A stretch of 64,000 nt of DNA, from contig CP073016.1 of NCBI GenBank assembly GCA_025370075.1, forward strand, positions 464,830 through 528,829, written 5' to 3'. Shown piece by piece: positions 54,878 through 64,000 of this stretch (position 1 is the stretch's first letter; every line of letters starts with the position of its first letter). This DNA comes from Chryseotalea sp. WA131a. Its GTDB lineage: Bacteria > Bacteroidota > Bacteroidia > Cytophagales > Cyclobacteriaceae. A program made the translations under genes and the position numbers. A model generated the notes under the pieces. The model made no database searches, was not told where the DNA came from, and saw nothing but the letters and a program-made list of their open reading frames with translations.

Positions 54878-55558
54878 ATGAATTTGTTCGTAAATGACAT
54901 ACCCGTCCGCATTCTAAAAGCCAATGAAAAGGCACTTTCAGGTCATTATAACTATGAAATTGATGCTTCCAAAGAGGCGATTTCAAAAGCTAAGCTGATC
55001 AACCATGTTTGGCTACACCATGCTGCCATAAAAGATATGGACAATGTATTTGACCTACTCAATTCAAAAGTGCCCACCAATCTGTTGTCTTTAACCATCA
55101 GCATCAATGATTACTTGGGTTTTATGGAGTACTTAAAAGACAGGTATAAAGTAATTAAAGCGGCCGGTGGGTTGGTGCGAAAGAAAGATAAATTTTTGAT
55201 TATTTATCGGATGAAGAAGTGGGATTTGCCAAAAGGGAAAAAAGAAAGCGGAGAGCGCTCATCCGAAACCGCTGTACGCGAAGTAGAGGAGGAGTGCAAT
55301 GTGAAGGTAAAACTAGGCTCTAAAATTTGCACTACGTGGCACACCTACACCATGGGCAAGAGCAACATGCTCAAAAAAACAAAATGGTATAAAATGGATT
55401 TGATTGATGACTCGAACAGCAAGCCGAGTTTAGAGGAGGATATTGAAGAGCTTCGTTGGATGACGGAGAAGGAAGTATATCACGCCCTCGAGAATTCGTA
55501 TAAATCCATTCGTTTCGTTTTTGAAGAATACTACCGAAAGCGCGAGAAGGTTTCTTAG
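54878..55558 (+). CDS. NUDIX hydrolase with an N-terminal extension
   Basis: The Nudix box reads LPKGKKESGERSSETAVREVEEECNV. Confidence 0.75.
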   Translation: MNLFVNDIPVRILKANEKALSGHYNYEIDASKEAISKAKLINHVWLHHAAIKDMDNVFDLLNSKVPTNLLSLTISINDYLGFMEYLKDRYKVIKAAGGLVRKKDKFLIIYRMKKWDLPKGKKESGERSSETAVREVEEECNVKVKLGSKICTTWHTYTMGKSNMLKKTKWYKMDLIDDSNSKPSLEEDIEELRWMTEKEVYHALENSYKSIRFVFEEYYRKREKVS

Positions 55559-55580
55559 GTCAGTTTCTTAAGCCAATTAG

Positions 55581-56039
55581 TCATTCTAATTTATAAGGCA
55601 AAAAGCCTGACACATCACCGTTGTATCGATGTACTTCTCTTATTATGGAAGAACTGAGCGATGCCCATTCGGGTGAGGTTATCAAAAAAACAGATTCAAG
55701 CGATTTGTTTAAATGGCGGTTTACTTGCGCGATGCTGTTTTCATACTCAAAATCGGTGGTGTTGCGCAACCCTCTTAATAAATAATTTGCGCCATTTCTT
55801 TTGGCATACTCGGCTGTTAACTCTGAATAGGTTTGAACTTTTATTTGAGGATGCTTTTGAAAGGTCTCTTGTATTTTGCTGATCATAAAATCAATCGGGA
55901 AATAGCGATTGCTTTTGCCGCTGTTGTACCCGATGGCAATGATGATCTCATCAAACAAAGTTAATCCTCGCAGCACGATATCATGATGGCCATTGGTAAA
56001 AGGATCGAATGAGCCTGGAAACAAAGCAACTTTTTTCAT
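55581..56039 (-). CDS. coaD: Pantetheine-phosphate adenylyltransferase
   Basis: It reads KVALFPGSFDPFTNGHHDIV...RGLRNTTDFEYE. Confidence 0.9.
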   Translation of the reverse strand: MKKVALFPGSFDPFTNGHHDIVLRGLTLFDEIIIAIGYNSGKSNRYFPIDFMISKIQETFQKHPQIKVQTYSELTAEYAKRNGANYLLRGLRNTTDFEYENSIAQVNRHLNKSLESVFLITSPEWASLSSSIIREVHRYNGDVSGFLPYKLE

Positions 56040-56046
56040 TCACCAA

Positions 56047-56934
56047 TCAGCTGAGCAGGTCAAGCGAATATAAATCGAAAAACTGATGCTCTTGCACATC
56101 GTCAAACATGTAGCCAAAACTCATGTGAGTTGGTCTTCCACCAAACGAAACATTGCGTACGTATTTTACAAATTCAAGGTAGTGCGGAGAGTTCTTTCCG
56201 ATGTATCCCCACAGCATTACTTCGCTGGTTTGCTGATCCATGCCCACTGTTTTCATCACCAACATGATGTATTTTACGTAATCAGCGAATTGGTGAATAA
56301 TGAATTGGTTGTAGTAAATCAATTTCCCTTTGTCGGCCGAGATCAAGTGCATTTTAAAGCGATCGACATAGACATACAAAGGAGTTGATGTTGATGATTT
56401 GCTGATTTGGATCACGCCCTCAATCAAAGCAGCCGACTGATGAAAAATTTTTAATTGCGTATTTTGATAGCTGGATTGAAGCCATTCTAAAATCAACTTT
56501 TGCATGGAAAACACCGTAGTGATCGCCAATGAATTGTTTTCGCAATGCAAAATGTTTTCGAGTGCTGAGTCAACCGAAGCATTAAACTTTAAATACTCAG
56601 CCGAATTTTCTTCAAGAAACAGAGCTTTCGGCAACTGAATGAACTTATTATTCTTGATCGAGATTTTTACCTCCCTCCAAAAACCAGCTTGTAAAAACTC
56701 ATGCGCATCGAACAGTGCTTTTAAGAGATTAAGCAGCTCGTGATAAGAATTCAATTCGCTCAGAACATAGTCTTCAAAAAAAAGTAGCCGGTTATCGTTT
56801 TCAGCGACAACGGCTACTTGAAAATCTCTAATCCCTAGTTGTATCAACAGCCTGTATTGATGAAGGTTATCTTCATCAAACCGGTCGTCTTTGACCTTCT
56901 TTATTAACTTATAATTCGCTCCGGTGGTTTGCAA
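56047..56934 (-). CDS. DUF3822-family protein
   Basis: It is 295 aa and sits downstream of the next gene and upstream of coaD, as in many Bacteroidota. The family call is from memory of the family, not from a search. Confidence 0.55.
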   Translation of the reverse strand: MQTTGANYKLIKKVKDDRFDEDNLHQYRLLIQLGIRDFQVAVVAENDNRLLFFEDYVLSELNSYHELLNLLKALFDAHEFLQAGFWREVKISIKNNKFIQLPKALFLEENSAEYLKFNASVDSALENILHCENNSLAITTVFSMQKLILEWLQSSYQNTQLKIFHQSAALIEGVIQISKSSTSTPLYVYVDRFKMHLISADKGKLIYYNQFIIHQFADYVKYIMLVMKTVGMDQQTSEVMLWGYIGKNSPHYLEFVKYVRNVSFGGRPTHMSFGYMFDDVQEHQFFDLYSLDLLS

Positions 56935-57768
56935 TCAATTCGATTCCCAGTTTCCAGAAGTAGACACATCCAAACGCGAACCAAATTGAAGTGGTTTGCG
57001 GTTTTTGGCTTCGTTGCTTTCCTTGCGTTGAGGATTGTCAGGTTTAGGATCTTTTACTTCAATAGTCTGAACCAGCACTCCGTTTTTATCAACTTTGCCC
57101 ACATAGATGCTAAACATTTGATCAGCATCTTCTTCCTTTAGTTTAGGTTTTCTGCCAATATTCTTTGTATCGATAGAAGGGTTGAAGGCATAATCCCAAA
57201 AGGCAACCAATTGTTGGCCTTTTTTCACAGGATCACCCACTTTTAAGTCTGCCAAAGTGGTAACAATGCCTTGGTCTTTAAAAGGAGGCTCTTGATTTTT
57301 TTCTCCTACTTTAATGACATACCCTTTTTGGTTTTTAATAATACGGTCGCCTATTTTTATTCTGAAGCCCATAAAAGTTCCACTCTCGGGCGCATTTTCA
57401 GCATAATTCTTTTTGAAAATTTTATCGTGTGCTGGCGCGTAGCCCAAGGTATCGTAAAACACCTTCACTTCTTCTTGGCCATAGCCAATTTGCTTGATTT
57501 CTTCTCTTCGGTTGATGATCGGCACCCGGCCATTTTGAATGAAATTGCTTAATGAGTCCCAATTGGCAGTATATCTTTTGTGTACTTCAAAAAACACAAT
57601 TTCTGCCTCCCGAATCAGCTTTAATTTTTCAATCACTGCTTCTTCGGCTTTTTTGATGTTTTCCTTTTCGTCAATAGTGTTTTGAACCCCAAAATATAGT
57701 TTAGCGGCAAGCCCAGCACTGCCTGCAAACAATAGTATGGTAATGATTCGGGTTACGGTTGTATTCAT
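56935..57768 (-). CDS. Hypothetical membrane-anchored protein
   Basis: It is 277 aa with an N-terminal TM (IITILLFAGSAGLAAKLYF). I recognised no family. Confidence 0.5.
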   Translation of the reverse strand: MNTTVTRIITILLFAGSAGLAAKLYFGVQNTIDEKENIKKAEEAVIEKLKLIREAEIVFFEVHKRYTANWDSLSNFIQNGRVPIINRREEIKQIGYGQEEVKVFYDTLGYAPAHDKIFKKNYAENAPESGTFMGFRIKIGDRIIKNQKGYVIKVGEKNQEPPFKDQGIVTTLADLKVGDPVKKGQQLVAFWDYAFNPSIDTKNIGRKPKLKEEDADQMFSIYVGKVDKNGVLVQTIEVKDPKPDNPQRKESNEAKNRKPLQFGSRLDVSTSGNWESN

Positions 57769-57910
57769 GTGTTAATAATTTTTTTTAGTGGTCACATGCG
57801 ATGGACTAGATGATCATCTAAATTGGAGTAGAGCATCTTAATGGCCATTTCATGCAGTTACAAGGTTTAGTGTGCAATAATAGGTATTTTAAGCGGTTCG
57901 ATGCAACCAA

Positions 57911-58384
57911 TTAGAGTTTAAAATAGCCTTTTAAATCAACTATTTGGGCAGGTTTGGTTACCAATCCAAACATTCCGTGAAGTTGGCGTTTGTTCATCCT
58001 TTCTAATTCTTGCCAAGAATGAAATCGAAGCCCCTGCAACAAACTGGGTGCCCCGGGTTCTGGATCCTTGCCCAGACTCAGGACGCCTCCTATTTTTTCC
58101 ACTCTAAAAAATAGCTCCACGGCATGTAGTGCCAATTGAATAAATTCGCAAGCGAACAAAAAGTCACAAACTTTAATCTCTAGTCCGGTCTCTTCCATCC
58201 ATTCTCTCTTTAAGCAATCAATGGCCGATTCTCGCCATTCGATGCTTCCCCCGGGTGGATTCCAAAAGTCACCATCGGCTATCCCTCGGTGATTGACCAA
58301 TAGTATGGAATTGTTTTCAACCAATAGTCCGCATACCCGCGTCCTCAATCGATTTCCGTAAAATTGATGAACCGATTCTTGCAT
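57911..58384 (-). CDS. NUDIX hydrolase
   Basis: The Nudix box reads PGGSIEWRESAIDCLKREWMEETGLEI. Confidence 0.75.
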   Translation of the reverse strand: MQESVHQFYGNRLRTRVCGLLVENNSILLVNHRGIADGDFWNPPGGSIEWRESAIDCLKREWMEETGLEIKVCDFLFACEFIQLALHAVELFFRVEKIGGVLSLGKDPEPGAPSLLQGLRFHSWQELERMNKRQLHGMFGLVTKPAQIVDLKGYFKL

Positions 58385-58478
58385 CTATTCGTTAAAAAAG
58401 TTGATCTTGTAGAGTTGCCTGCTTTTAGCACTAAATGTAAATGGTTGGCTTCTAATTTTTTATCTTTTCCATATCTAT

Positions 58479-58883
58479 ATGAGATATTTTTTCTCGGTTG
58501 CGTTGGTCTTTTGCTTTGCATCAGTGAAAGCTCAAATAACCACCAACACAAAAGGTGCGGTTATTTCTTGGGAGAAAACCTCATTCGATTTTGGTGATAT
58601 TGTTCAAGGTGAAAAGGTGATGCACACCTTTAAATTTGTGAACACAGGTACTGAGCCTCTTATCATCACCAATATAGAAGTAACGTGTGGCTGCACCATC
58701 CCTAAGGGGTGGCCTCGCGATCCCATCTTGCCGGGCGGCAAGGGAGAAATTGAAGTTCAGTTTAATAGCTCAGGTAAGTTTGGCAGGCAAAATAAAGTAG
58801 TTACGATGGTATCTAATGCCACCTTGGGCAATAGCCAAATTACTTTTTCGGCCAATATTCTAGAGAAGAAAATGCCTAATTGA
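58479..58883 (+). CDS. DUF1573-domain secreted protein
   Basis: It has a signal peptide followed by FDFGDIVQGEKVMHTFKFVNTGTEPLIITNIEVTCGCT. Confidence 0.75.
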   Translation: MRYFFSVALVFCFASVKAQITTNTKGAVISWEKTSFDFGDIVQGEKVMHTFKFVNTGTEPLIITNIEVTCGCTIPKGWPRDPILPGGKGEIEVQFNSSGKFGRQNKVVTMVSNATLGNSQITFSANILEKKMPN

Positions 58884-58960
58884 TAATTTTAGGTTTAGAA
58901 CGATTTTTTAACCTCTGATTGTAGGGTCTAAATAAGACAATTGCTGGTGAGTCAAACCGA

Positions 58961-59344
58961 TTACTTCTTATAGAACCCATAAGCGGCCAGTGCCCAGCCG
59001 GCAATCAAAAACAATCCGCCAAAAGGTGTGACAATCGCTACAGCGGTTTGGTTAAAGATAGCCAAAACATATAAGCTCCCTGAGAAGAGCAAGATGCCCA
59101 CCAGCAACAAGTTAGCACTCCATTTCAGAAAAGTCACATTGCCTAATTGAAAGGTTGCCCCAATTGTCATTAATGATAGTAAGTGGTAAAAATGATAACG
59201 TACAGCAAGTTCAAACGTATCGAGCCGATTATTGGCCATTAATATCCCTTTAAGCGCATGAGCCCCGAACGCACCTATACCAACGCCCAACATTCCCAAA
59301 ATGCAGGCAACAACGATAATGTCTTTTTGTGTTTTCATCATCAA
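58961..59344 (-). CDS. DUF423-domain membrane protein
   Basis: It has four TM segments and the motif GAFGAHALK. It overlaps yggS by 4 bp. Confidence 0.75.
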   Translation of the reverse strand: MMMKTQKDIIVVACILGMLGVGIGAFGAHALKGILMANNRLDTFELAVRYHFYHLLSLMTIGATFQLGNVTFLKWSANLLLVGILLFSGSLYVLAIFNQTAVAIVTPFGGLFLIAGWALAAYGFYKK

Positions 59345-60015
59345 GCACTATAATCTCTTTCTCCAAAAATTGCCGTACCTATTCGCACCAATGTGCTGCC
59401 TTCTTCCACCGCAATAGTATAATCCGCACTCATGCCCATCGATAGTTCTTTCATTTCAATCCTTAGGTCAGTATTTTTTTGTTTGATTTTTTCAAACAGA
59501 TTTTTTAAAAATTTAAACTCTTTTCGGATTTGCCCTTTGCTCTCAGTTAAAGAAGCCATGCCCATCAGCCCTTTCACCTTTACATGTGTCAATTCAGGTG
59601 GAAAATGGTCAACCAATTGAATTACCTCCGCTTCATCCAAACCAAACTTGGTTTCTTCTTGGGCAATGTATACTTGTAACAGGCAGTTGATGGTGCGGTT
59701 GATTTTCTTTCCTTGCTTGTTGATTTCTTCCAGCAACTTCAGGCTATCCACCGAATGGATGAGTGAAACGAAAGGGGCGAGGTATTTGACTTTATTGGTT
59801 TGCAAATGCCCAATCATGTTCCATTCAATATCTTTTGGAAGGGCTTCGTATTTGGTCTGCATTTCTTGGGCTTTATTCTCCCCAAATATTCTTTGACCAG
59901 CGGCATAGGCTTCTTCTAACTTGGCAATCGGTTGGGTTTTGCTTACCGCGATCAGCCGGGCGGAAGTACCCTGTAAGTTGTTATTAAAAAACTTAATATT
60001 ATTTTCGATGCTCAT
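59341..60015 (-). CDS. yggS: YggS-family pyridoxal-phosphate homeostasis protein
   Basis: It reads LIAVSKTQP...IFGENKAQE...WNMIGHLQTNKVKY...HSVDS...LSMGMSADY. Confidence 0.9.
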   Translation of the reverse strand: MSIENNIKFFNNNLQGTSARLIAVSKTQPIAKLEEAYAAGQRIFGENKAQEMQTKYEALPKDIEWNMIGHLQTNKVKYLAPFVSLIHSVDSLKLLEEINKQGKKINRTINCLLQVYIAQEETKFGLDEAEVIQLVDHFPPELTHVKVKGLMGMASLTESKGQIRKEFKFLKNLFEKIKQKNTDLRIEMKELSMGMSADYTIAVEEGSTLVRIGTAIFGERDYSA

Positions 60016-60052
60016 TGCCTAATTTTAAAGATTAAATAACCCGCGCAAAGGT

Positions 60053-61585
60053 ATGGCCATCTTAGGTACGTTGCTCAAAAAAGGAATAAAATTAAGGGAG
60101 AATCTTCAACAAGAATATTCTTCACCACTGGAGTTGCAGAAGAATGAATTAAAGGAATTGCTGATTGCGGCCAGCAGCACAGAGTTTGGCAAGTACTACG
60201 ATTTCCATAAGACACTATCGCAATTTAGAAGAGGGGGCAAAGCATTCTACCAAGCCTACAAAAAATCGGTGCCCATTCACGATTACAACAAAATTTACAA
60301 AGATTGGTGGCAACTATCGCTAAAGGGAGCAAAGAACATTGCTTGGCCTGGCCGCATCAAATATTTTGCCTTGAGTTCGGGAACATCCGAGGCCGCCTCC
60401 AAGCATATTCCGGTCACCAAAGAAATGACCAAGGCGATTCAAAAGACGAGCGTACGTCAGATTATTTCTTTGTCAAAATATGATTTGCCGCCTCAAGTTT
60501 TTGAAGCCGGCATTTTAATGATCGGAGGCAGTACCCACCTCAATAAAAAAGGTAGCTACTTTGAAGGGGACCTAAGTGGAATACAGGCTGCCCGGTTGCC
60601 CTTTTGGTTTCAGCATTTTTATAAACCGGGAAGAAAAATCGCCAAAACCCGAAATTGGGATAACAAACTCAATGACATCGTAAAGAAAGCACGGGATTGG
60701 GATATTGGAATTATCGTTGGGGTCCCCGCGTGGATCCAGATTTTAATAGAAAAGATTATTGATTTTTATAAAGTAGAAAACATTCATGAGATATGGCCAA
60801 ACCTTTTGGTTTATGTGCATGGGGGCGTTTCGATGGACCCTTATCGAAAGGGATTTGAAAAATTGATGGGTCGCCCTATTTATTACATTGAAACCTATTT
60901 AGCCTCAGAAGGATTTATTGCATACCAAGCGCAACCCAACCACAAAACCATGAAGTTGGTATTGAACAATGGTATTTTTTATGAGTTTGTGCCATTTGAT
61001 GATGATAATTTTTTGCCCTCGGGTGAAATAAAATCAACAGCAGAGGCCATTGCCATTGATGAAGTGGAGGAAGGAAAAGAATATGCATTATTACTTTCCA
61101 CCTGTGCAGGAGCATGGCGATACTTAATAGGAGATATAATCAAATTTACTTCAATAGAAGATTCAGAGATTGTTATTACTGGACGCACCAAGCACTTCTT
61201 GAGTTTGTGTGGCGAGCATTTGTCGGTAGACAATATGAACAAGGCCATTGAACTTGTTTCCAATGAATTGAACATTAGCATCAAAGAGTTTACGGTAGCT
61301 GGCATTCCGTATCAAAATTTGTTTGCGCACCAGTGGTATATTGGCACCAATGATAAAGTGGATAAGAAGAAATTGAAAGAGCGGTTGGATTTTCATTTAA
61401 AAGAACTCAATGACGACTATGCCGTGGAGCGCAGTGCCGCGTTAAAGGAAGTGATGGTAGATGTTTTGCCCTTGCATAAGTTTTACGATTGGATGCAGTC
61501 GAAAGGTAAAGTGGGTGGTCAAAATAAATTTCCACGCGTGATGAAAAGCACCCAACATGAAGAGTGGAAGAAGTTTGTTGGGTAG
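60053..61585 (+). CDS. GH3 auxin-responsive-promoter family protein (acyl-acid amido synthetase-like)
   Basis: It is 510 aa and reads YFALSSGTSEAASKHIPVT...YLASEGFIAYQ...RYLIGDIIKFT...ITGRTKHFLSLCGEHLS. Confidence 0.85.
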   Translation: MAILGTLLKKGIKLRENLQQEYSSPLELQKNELKELLIAASSTEFGKYYDFHKTLSQFRRGGKAFYQAYKKSVPIHDYNKIYKDWWQLSLKGAKNIAWPGRIKYFALSSGTSEAASKHIPVTKEMTKAIQKTSVRQIISLSKYDLPPQVFEAGILMIGGSTHLNKKGSYFEGDLSGIQAARLPFWFQHFYKPGRKIAKTRNWDNKLNDIVKKARDWDIGIIVGVPAWIQILIEKIIDFYKVENIHEIWPNLLVYVHGGVSMDPYRKGFEKLMGRPIYYIETYLASEGFIAYQAQPNHKTMKLVLNNGIFYEFVPFDDDNFLPSGEIKSTAEAIAIDEVEEGKEYALLLSTCAGAWRYLIGDIIKFTSIEDSEIVITGRTKHFLSLCGEHLSVDNMNKAIELVSNELNISIKEFTVAGIPYQNLFAHQWYIGTNDKVDKKKLKERLDFHLKELNDDYAVERSAALKEVMVDVLPLHKFYDWMQSKGKVGGQNKFPRVMKSTQHEEWKKFVG

Positions 61586-61721
61586 TGGGTGTGATTAGTA
61601 AGTTGTATTTGATAAGGGGTGGTTGGTGAGTGGTGCTAGGTATTCAGTATTCGATAATTTATACTTTCTAACTTCAATCTCCTGACTCCCTTCTCCTAAA
61701 TTCTAACTCCTACTAGCATAC

Positions 61722-62354
61722 ATGGATATCCTCTTCAACGGTTTTAAGGTAGGCATCGTCCTCACGTTTTTAATAGGGCCTGTTTTTTTTACCATTATTC
61801 AAACCAGTATTGAAAGAGGTTTTTGGAATGGCGTATTGGTTGCATTGGGGGTTTCGTTAAGTGATATTGTCTATGTGGCCATTTGTTACTTTGGTATTTT
61901 TCAATTTTTGAACGAACCCAAATGGCGAACAACCATGGCGTATATAGGGGGTGCCATTTTGATTTTGTTTGGTTTGTATCACCTGCTCGTTAAAAGTAGG
62001 CGTGCCATGCAACCGGTAAAGGCTGCTTCTGAATCAAGCGGATTCAAATATTTTGTGAAAGGTTTTGTTATCAACGGTATCACACCCATGGTTTTGATTT
62101 TTTGGATTGGTACAGTGAGCGTTGCCACCCTTGATTTTGGCTATGAAAAGGGATATGAGCTGTTTTGGTTTTTTCTAGCTCTATTGCTCACGGTATTAAG
62201 TACTGATGTTTTAAAGGCTTACCTAGCAGGAAAGCTTCGCAAGCTGATTACAAATCGATTTTTAATGATTGTCAACGTGGTAGTTGGCATTTGCTTGATT
62301 GCGTTTGGCATTCAGTTGATTACTATGGCCAAGACGGTATTTGCTATAAATTGA
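61722..62354 (+). CDS. LysE-family amino-acid translocator
   Basis: It is a six-TM protein of 210 aa. Its N-terminus reads GFKVGIVLTFLIGPVFFTIIQTSIERG. Confidence 0.8.
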   Translation: MDILFNGFKVGIVLTFLIGPVFFTIIQTSIERGFWNGVLVALGVSLSDIVYVAICYFGIFQFLNEPKWRTTMAYIGGAILILFGLYHLLVKSRRAMQPVKAASESSGFKYFVKGFVINGITPMVLIFWIGTVSVATLDFGYEKGYELFWFFLALLLTVLSTDVLKAYLAGKLRKLITNRFLMIVNVVVGICLIAFGIQLITMAKTVFAIN

Positions 62355-62388
62355 AACCCTTTTGCTCCATTTTTAGTTTATTTGCATA

Positions 62389-62766
62389 GTGAAACGAGTG
62401 TTGCCCATATTATTTGCCGCCATCTACCTGATTTTAAGCATTGGGGTGGCCAAATCCACCCATTTTTGTAAGGGCAAGGCACGTCACACCTCCGTTTTTT
62501 CTTTTGAAGCAAAAAAGTGTGCTTGTTCAAAATACAACCCGACCAATAATTGTTGCGATGATGAGCGCGAATTGGTTCAATTGAAAGATGATCAGACCGG
62601 CAGTCAGTCATTGGTTGCTCCAATCCCTACCTACAATTTAATCAGTGAAATATTCACTCCAACTTTTGGTGTTTCTGAGTACAAGGCGTTTATAGCTTCT
62701 GATTTAGAAGTTCGGCCTCCTCCCAAAGTACCTATCTATCAGCACATACGCAGTCTTATCATTTGA
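62389..62766 (+). CDS. Small secreted/membrane protein, HYC_CC_PP-like
   Basis: It has a GTG start and an N-terminal TM. The motifs H-F-C (STHFCKG), C-C (NNCCDDE) and P-P-P (RPPPKVP) appear in the order typical of this family. It sits upstream of an HMA protein and a TonB receptor. Confidence 0.45.
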   Translation: MKRVLPILFAAIYLILSIGVAKSTHFCKGKARHTSVFSFEAKKCACSKYNPTNNCCDDERELVQLKDDQTGSQSLVAPIPTYNLISEIFTPTFGVSEYKAFIASDLEVRPPPKVPIYQHIRSLII

Positions 62767-62839
62767 TTCTTTTCGGATTACTTAGAGCATTTTAAGCTCT
62801 TGTTTGAGTTCTATTTCTTACTTCTAAATTCTTAATCAA

Positions 62840-63178
62840 ATGAAAACTGCATTCGCTTTCGTATTACTATTACTGATTACATCAACCAGTTGGTCGCAAT
62901 TATCAGTTGTAACCACGTCCATAAAAGTCTTTGGCAACTGTGCCATGTGTAAAGCCCGCATCGAAAAGGTACTCGATCACAAGGGCATCAAAAAGGCCGA
63001 ATGGAACAAAACCAGTAAGCAACTTTCGGTGGTGTACAATTCAGAAAAAATTACGGAACAAAAAATCCACGAATTGATTGCATCAATCGGGCATGATACC
63101 GAAAAGGTAAAGGCCAAAGATGAAGTGTATGCATCGCTGCCGTTTTGCTGCCTATACCGCGATCATGAACATGACTAA
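62840..63178 (+). CDS. Heavy-metal-associated (HMA) domain protein, secreted
   Basis: It has a signal peptide followed by FGNCAMCKARIEKVL (a CxxC metal-binding loop). It also has a C-terminal CC...HEHD tail. Confidence 0.7.
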   Translation: MKTAFAFVLLLLITSTSWSQLSVVTTSIKVFGNCAMCKARIEKVLDHKGIKKAEWNKTSKQLSVVYNSEKITEQKIHELIASIGHDTEKVKAKDEVYASLPFCCLYRDHEHD

Positions 63179-63252
63179 GTTGCCAAGAGCAATTAGGCAG
63201 TAGCCAATCCACGGGCAACTCACGTTATTCTTTTAATCGTTAACCATTGATT

Positions 63253-64000
63253 ATGAAATTATTTTCGATCCTAGCTTTTATTTTGCTTGCAAGTTTGCCG
63301 ATACAAGCGCAGAAATTATTAGGTGTAGTTTTTGAAAAAGATGAAAAAGGAAAAGATCAACCCATGGCTGGAGCGAATGTGTATTGGCTTGGCACTACCA
63401 TTGGCACTGCCACCAAAGACAACGGTGTATTTCTCATCGATCGGATTGAAGGATACAACAAACTCCTGATCAGTTTTGCGGGCTACCAAACGGACACGGT
63501 TTCCATCACCGATCAAACAAGTATCAAAGTTGAGTTAAAATCCGAGCGCTACTTGCAAGAAGTAACGGTGCAGGGCTGGAGGCCTTCCACCTATGTAGAT
63601 ATTACTTCTGGGATCAATACCGTAACGATGAATGAGAAAGAATTATTCAAAGCGGCCTGTTGCAATTTGTCTGAAAGCTTTGAAACCAATCCTTCGGTGG
63701 ATGTAGCATTTACAGATGCCCTAACAGGTACCAAGCAAATTCAAATGCTCGGACTGTCCGGAGCCAATACATTGATTTCGCTGGAGAACATGCCGGGTGT
63801 GCGCGGATTGGCCGCAAGTCAGGGCATTCAATTTATTCCTGGCACGTGGATCAATTCCATTCAAGTGACGAAAGGGGTAGGCTCAGTGGTGAACAGTCAC
63901 GAAAGCATTGCCGGGCAAATCAATGTGGAATTAAAGAAGCCCCAAGAGAGTGACAAACTTTATCTGAACGGATATATAAACAATACAGGGCGAGCAGAGG
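63253..64000 (+). CDS. TonB-dependent receptor, N-terminal part (CarboxypepD_reg-like domain + plug), partial at the right edge
   Basis: It is not in the ORF track because it has no in-window stop. The ATG is at 63253. My hand translation gives MKLFSILAFILLASLPIQAQKLLGVVFEKDEKGKDQPMAGANVYWLGTTIGTATKDNGVFLI...ISFAGYQTDTV... It continues NEKELFKAACCNLSESFETNPSVDVAFTDALTGTKQIQMLGLSG...VTKGVGSVVNSHESIAGQINVELKK. Confidence 0.85.
   Translation, partial: MKLFSILAFILLASLPIQAQKLLGVVFEKDEKGKDQPMAGANVYWLGTTIGTATKDNGVFLIDRIEGYNKLLISFAGYQTDTVSITDQTSIKVELKSERYLQEVTVQGWRPSTYVDITSGINTVTMNEKELFKAACCNLSESFETNPSVDVAFTDALTGTKQIQMLGLSGANTLISLENMPGVRGLAASQGIQFIPGTWINSIQVTKGVGSVVNSHESIAGQINVELKKPQESDKLYLNGYINNTGRAE

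Overview
This 64-kb chromosomal window looks like a Bacteroidota (Cytophagia/Flavobacteriia-type) genome. That is an inference from gene content: DUF4136, DUF3822, DUF1573, LPP20-type lipoproteins, a GH3-family gene, a CarboxypepD_reg-type TonB receptor and a CheB-CheR-PAS-kinase fusion. I support about 60 protein-coding genes and saw no rRNA, tRNA or CRISPR array. The largest feature is an 8.7-kb cyclic beta-1,2-glucan synthase gene (11438..20152). It sits next to two orphan receiver-domain genes and a 1300-aa CheB-CheR-PAS-histidine kinase. Other blocks are: an ArsR/SRPBCC/VOC stress cluster; a same-strand block (30173..37797) with a P-type ATPase, a 19-Cys four-helix-bundle (DUF326/Csp-like) protein, a SOUL protein and an ABC/HlyD exporter; housekeeping genes (purT, pyrE, coaD, yggS); and a HYC_CC_PP/HMA/TonB-receptor trio at the right edge. 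The window is unusually rich in damaged genes, with about ten loci. There is one intact IS1380-like element flanked by two unrelated truncated genes. Beside it is a decaying porin/PBP/sensor operon. There are remnants of an alcohol dehydrogenase, an MgtA-like ATPase, an ISAs1 transposase and an MlaD-like gene. Several otherwise intact genes (HAMP-GAF-PAS sensor, Fe/Mn SOD, DUF3052) carry frameshifts, three of the four inside T5-T7/A5 homopolymer runs. These could equally be sequencing errors. I did not find a clear-cut novel multi-gene system. The best candidate for something undescribed is at the left edge. There, a secreted FGE-sulfatase-fold protein lies directly upstream of a secreted protein built from near-identical 27-aa repeats (81-bp DNA repeats), each with an invariant S-V-C-P-P-L motif. 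All homology statements come from reading the translations by eye; no database search was run.
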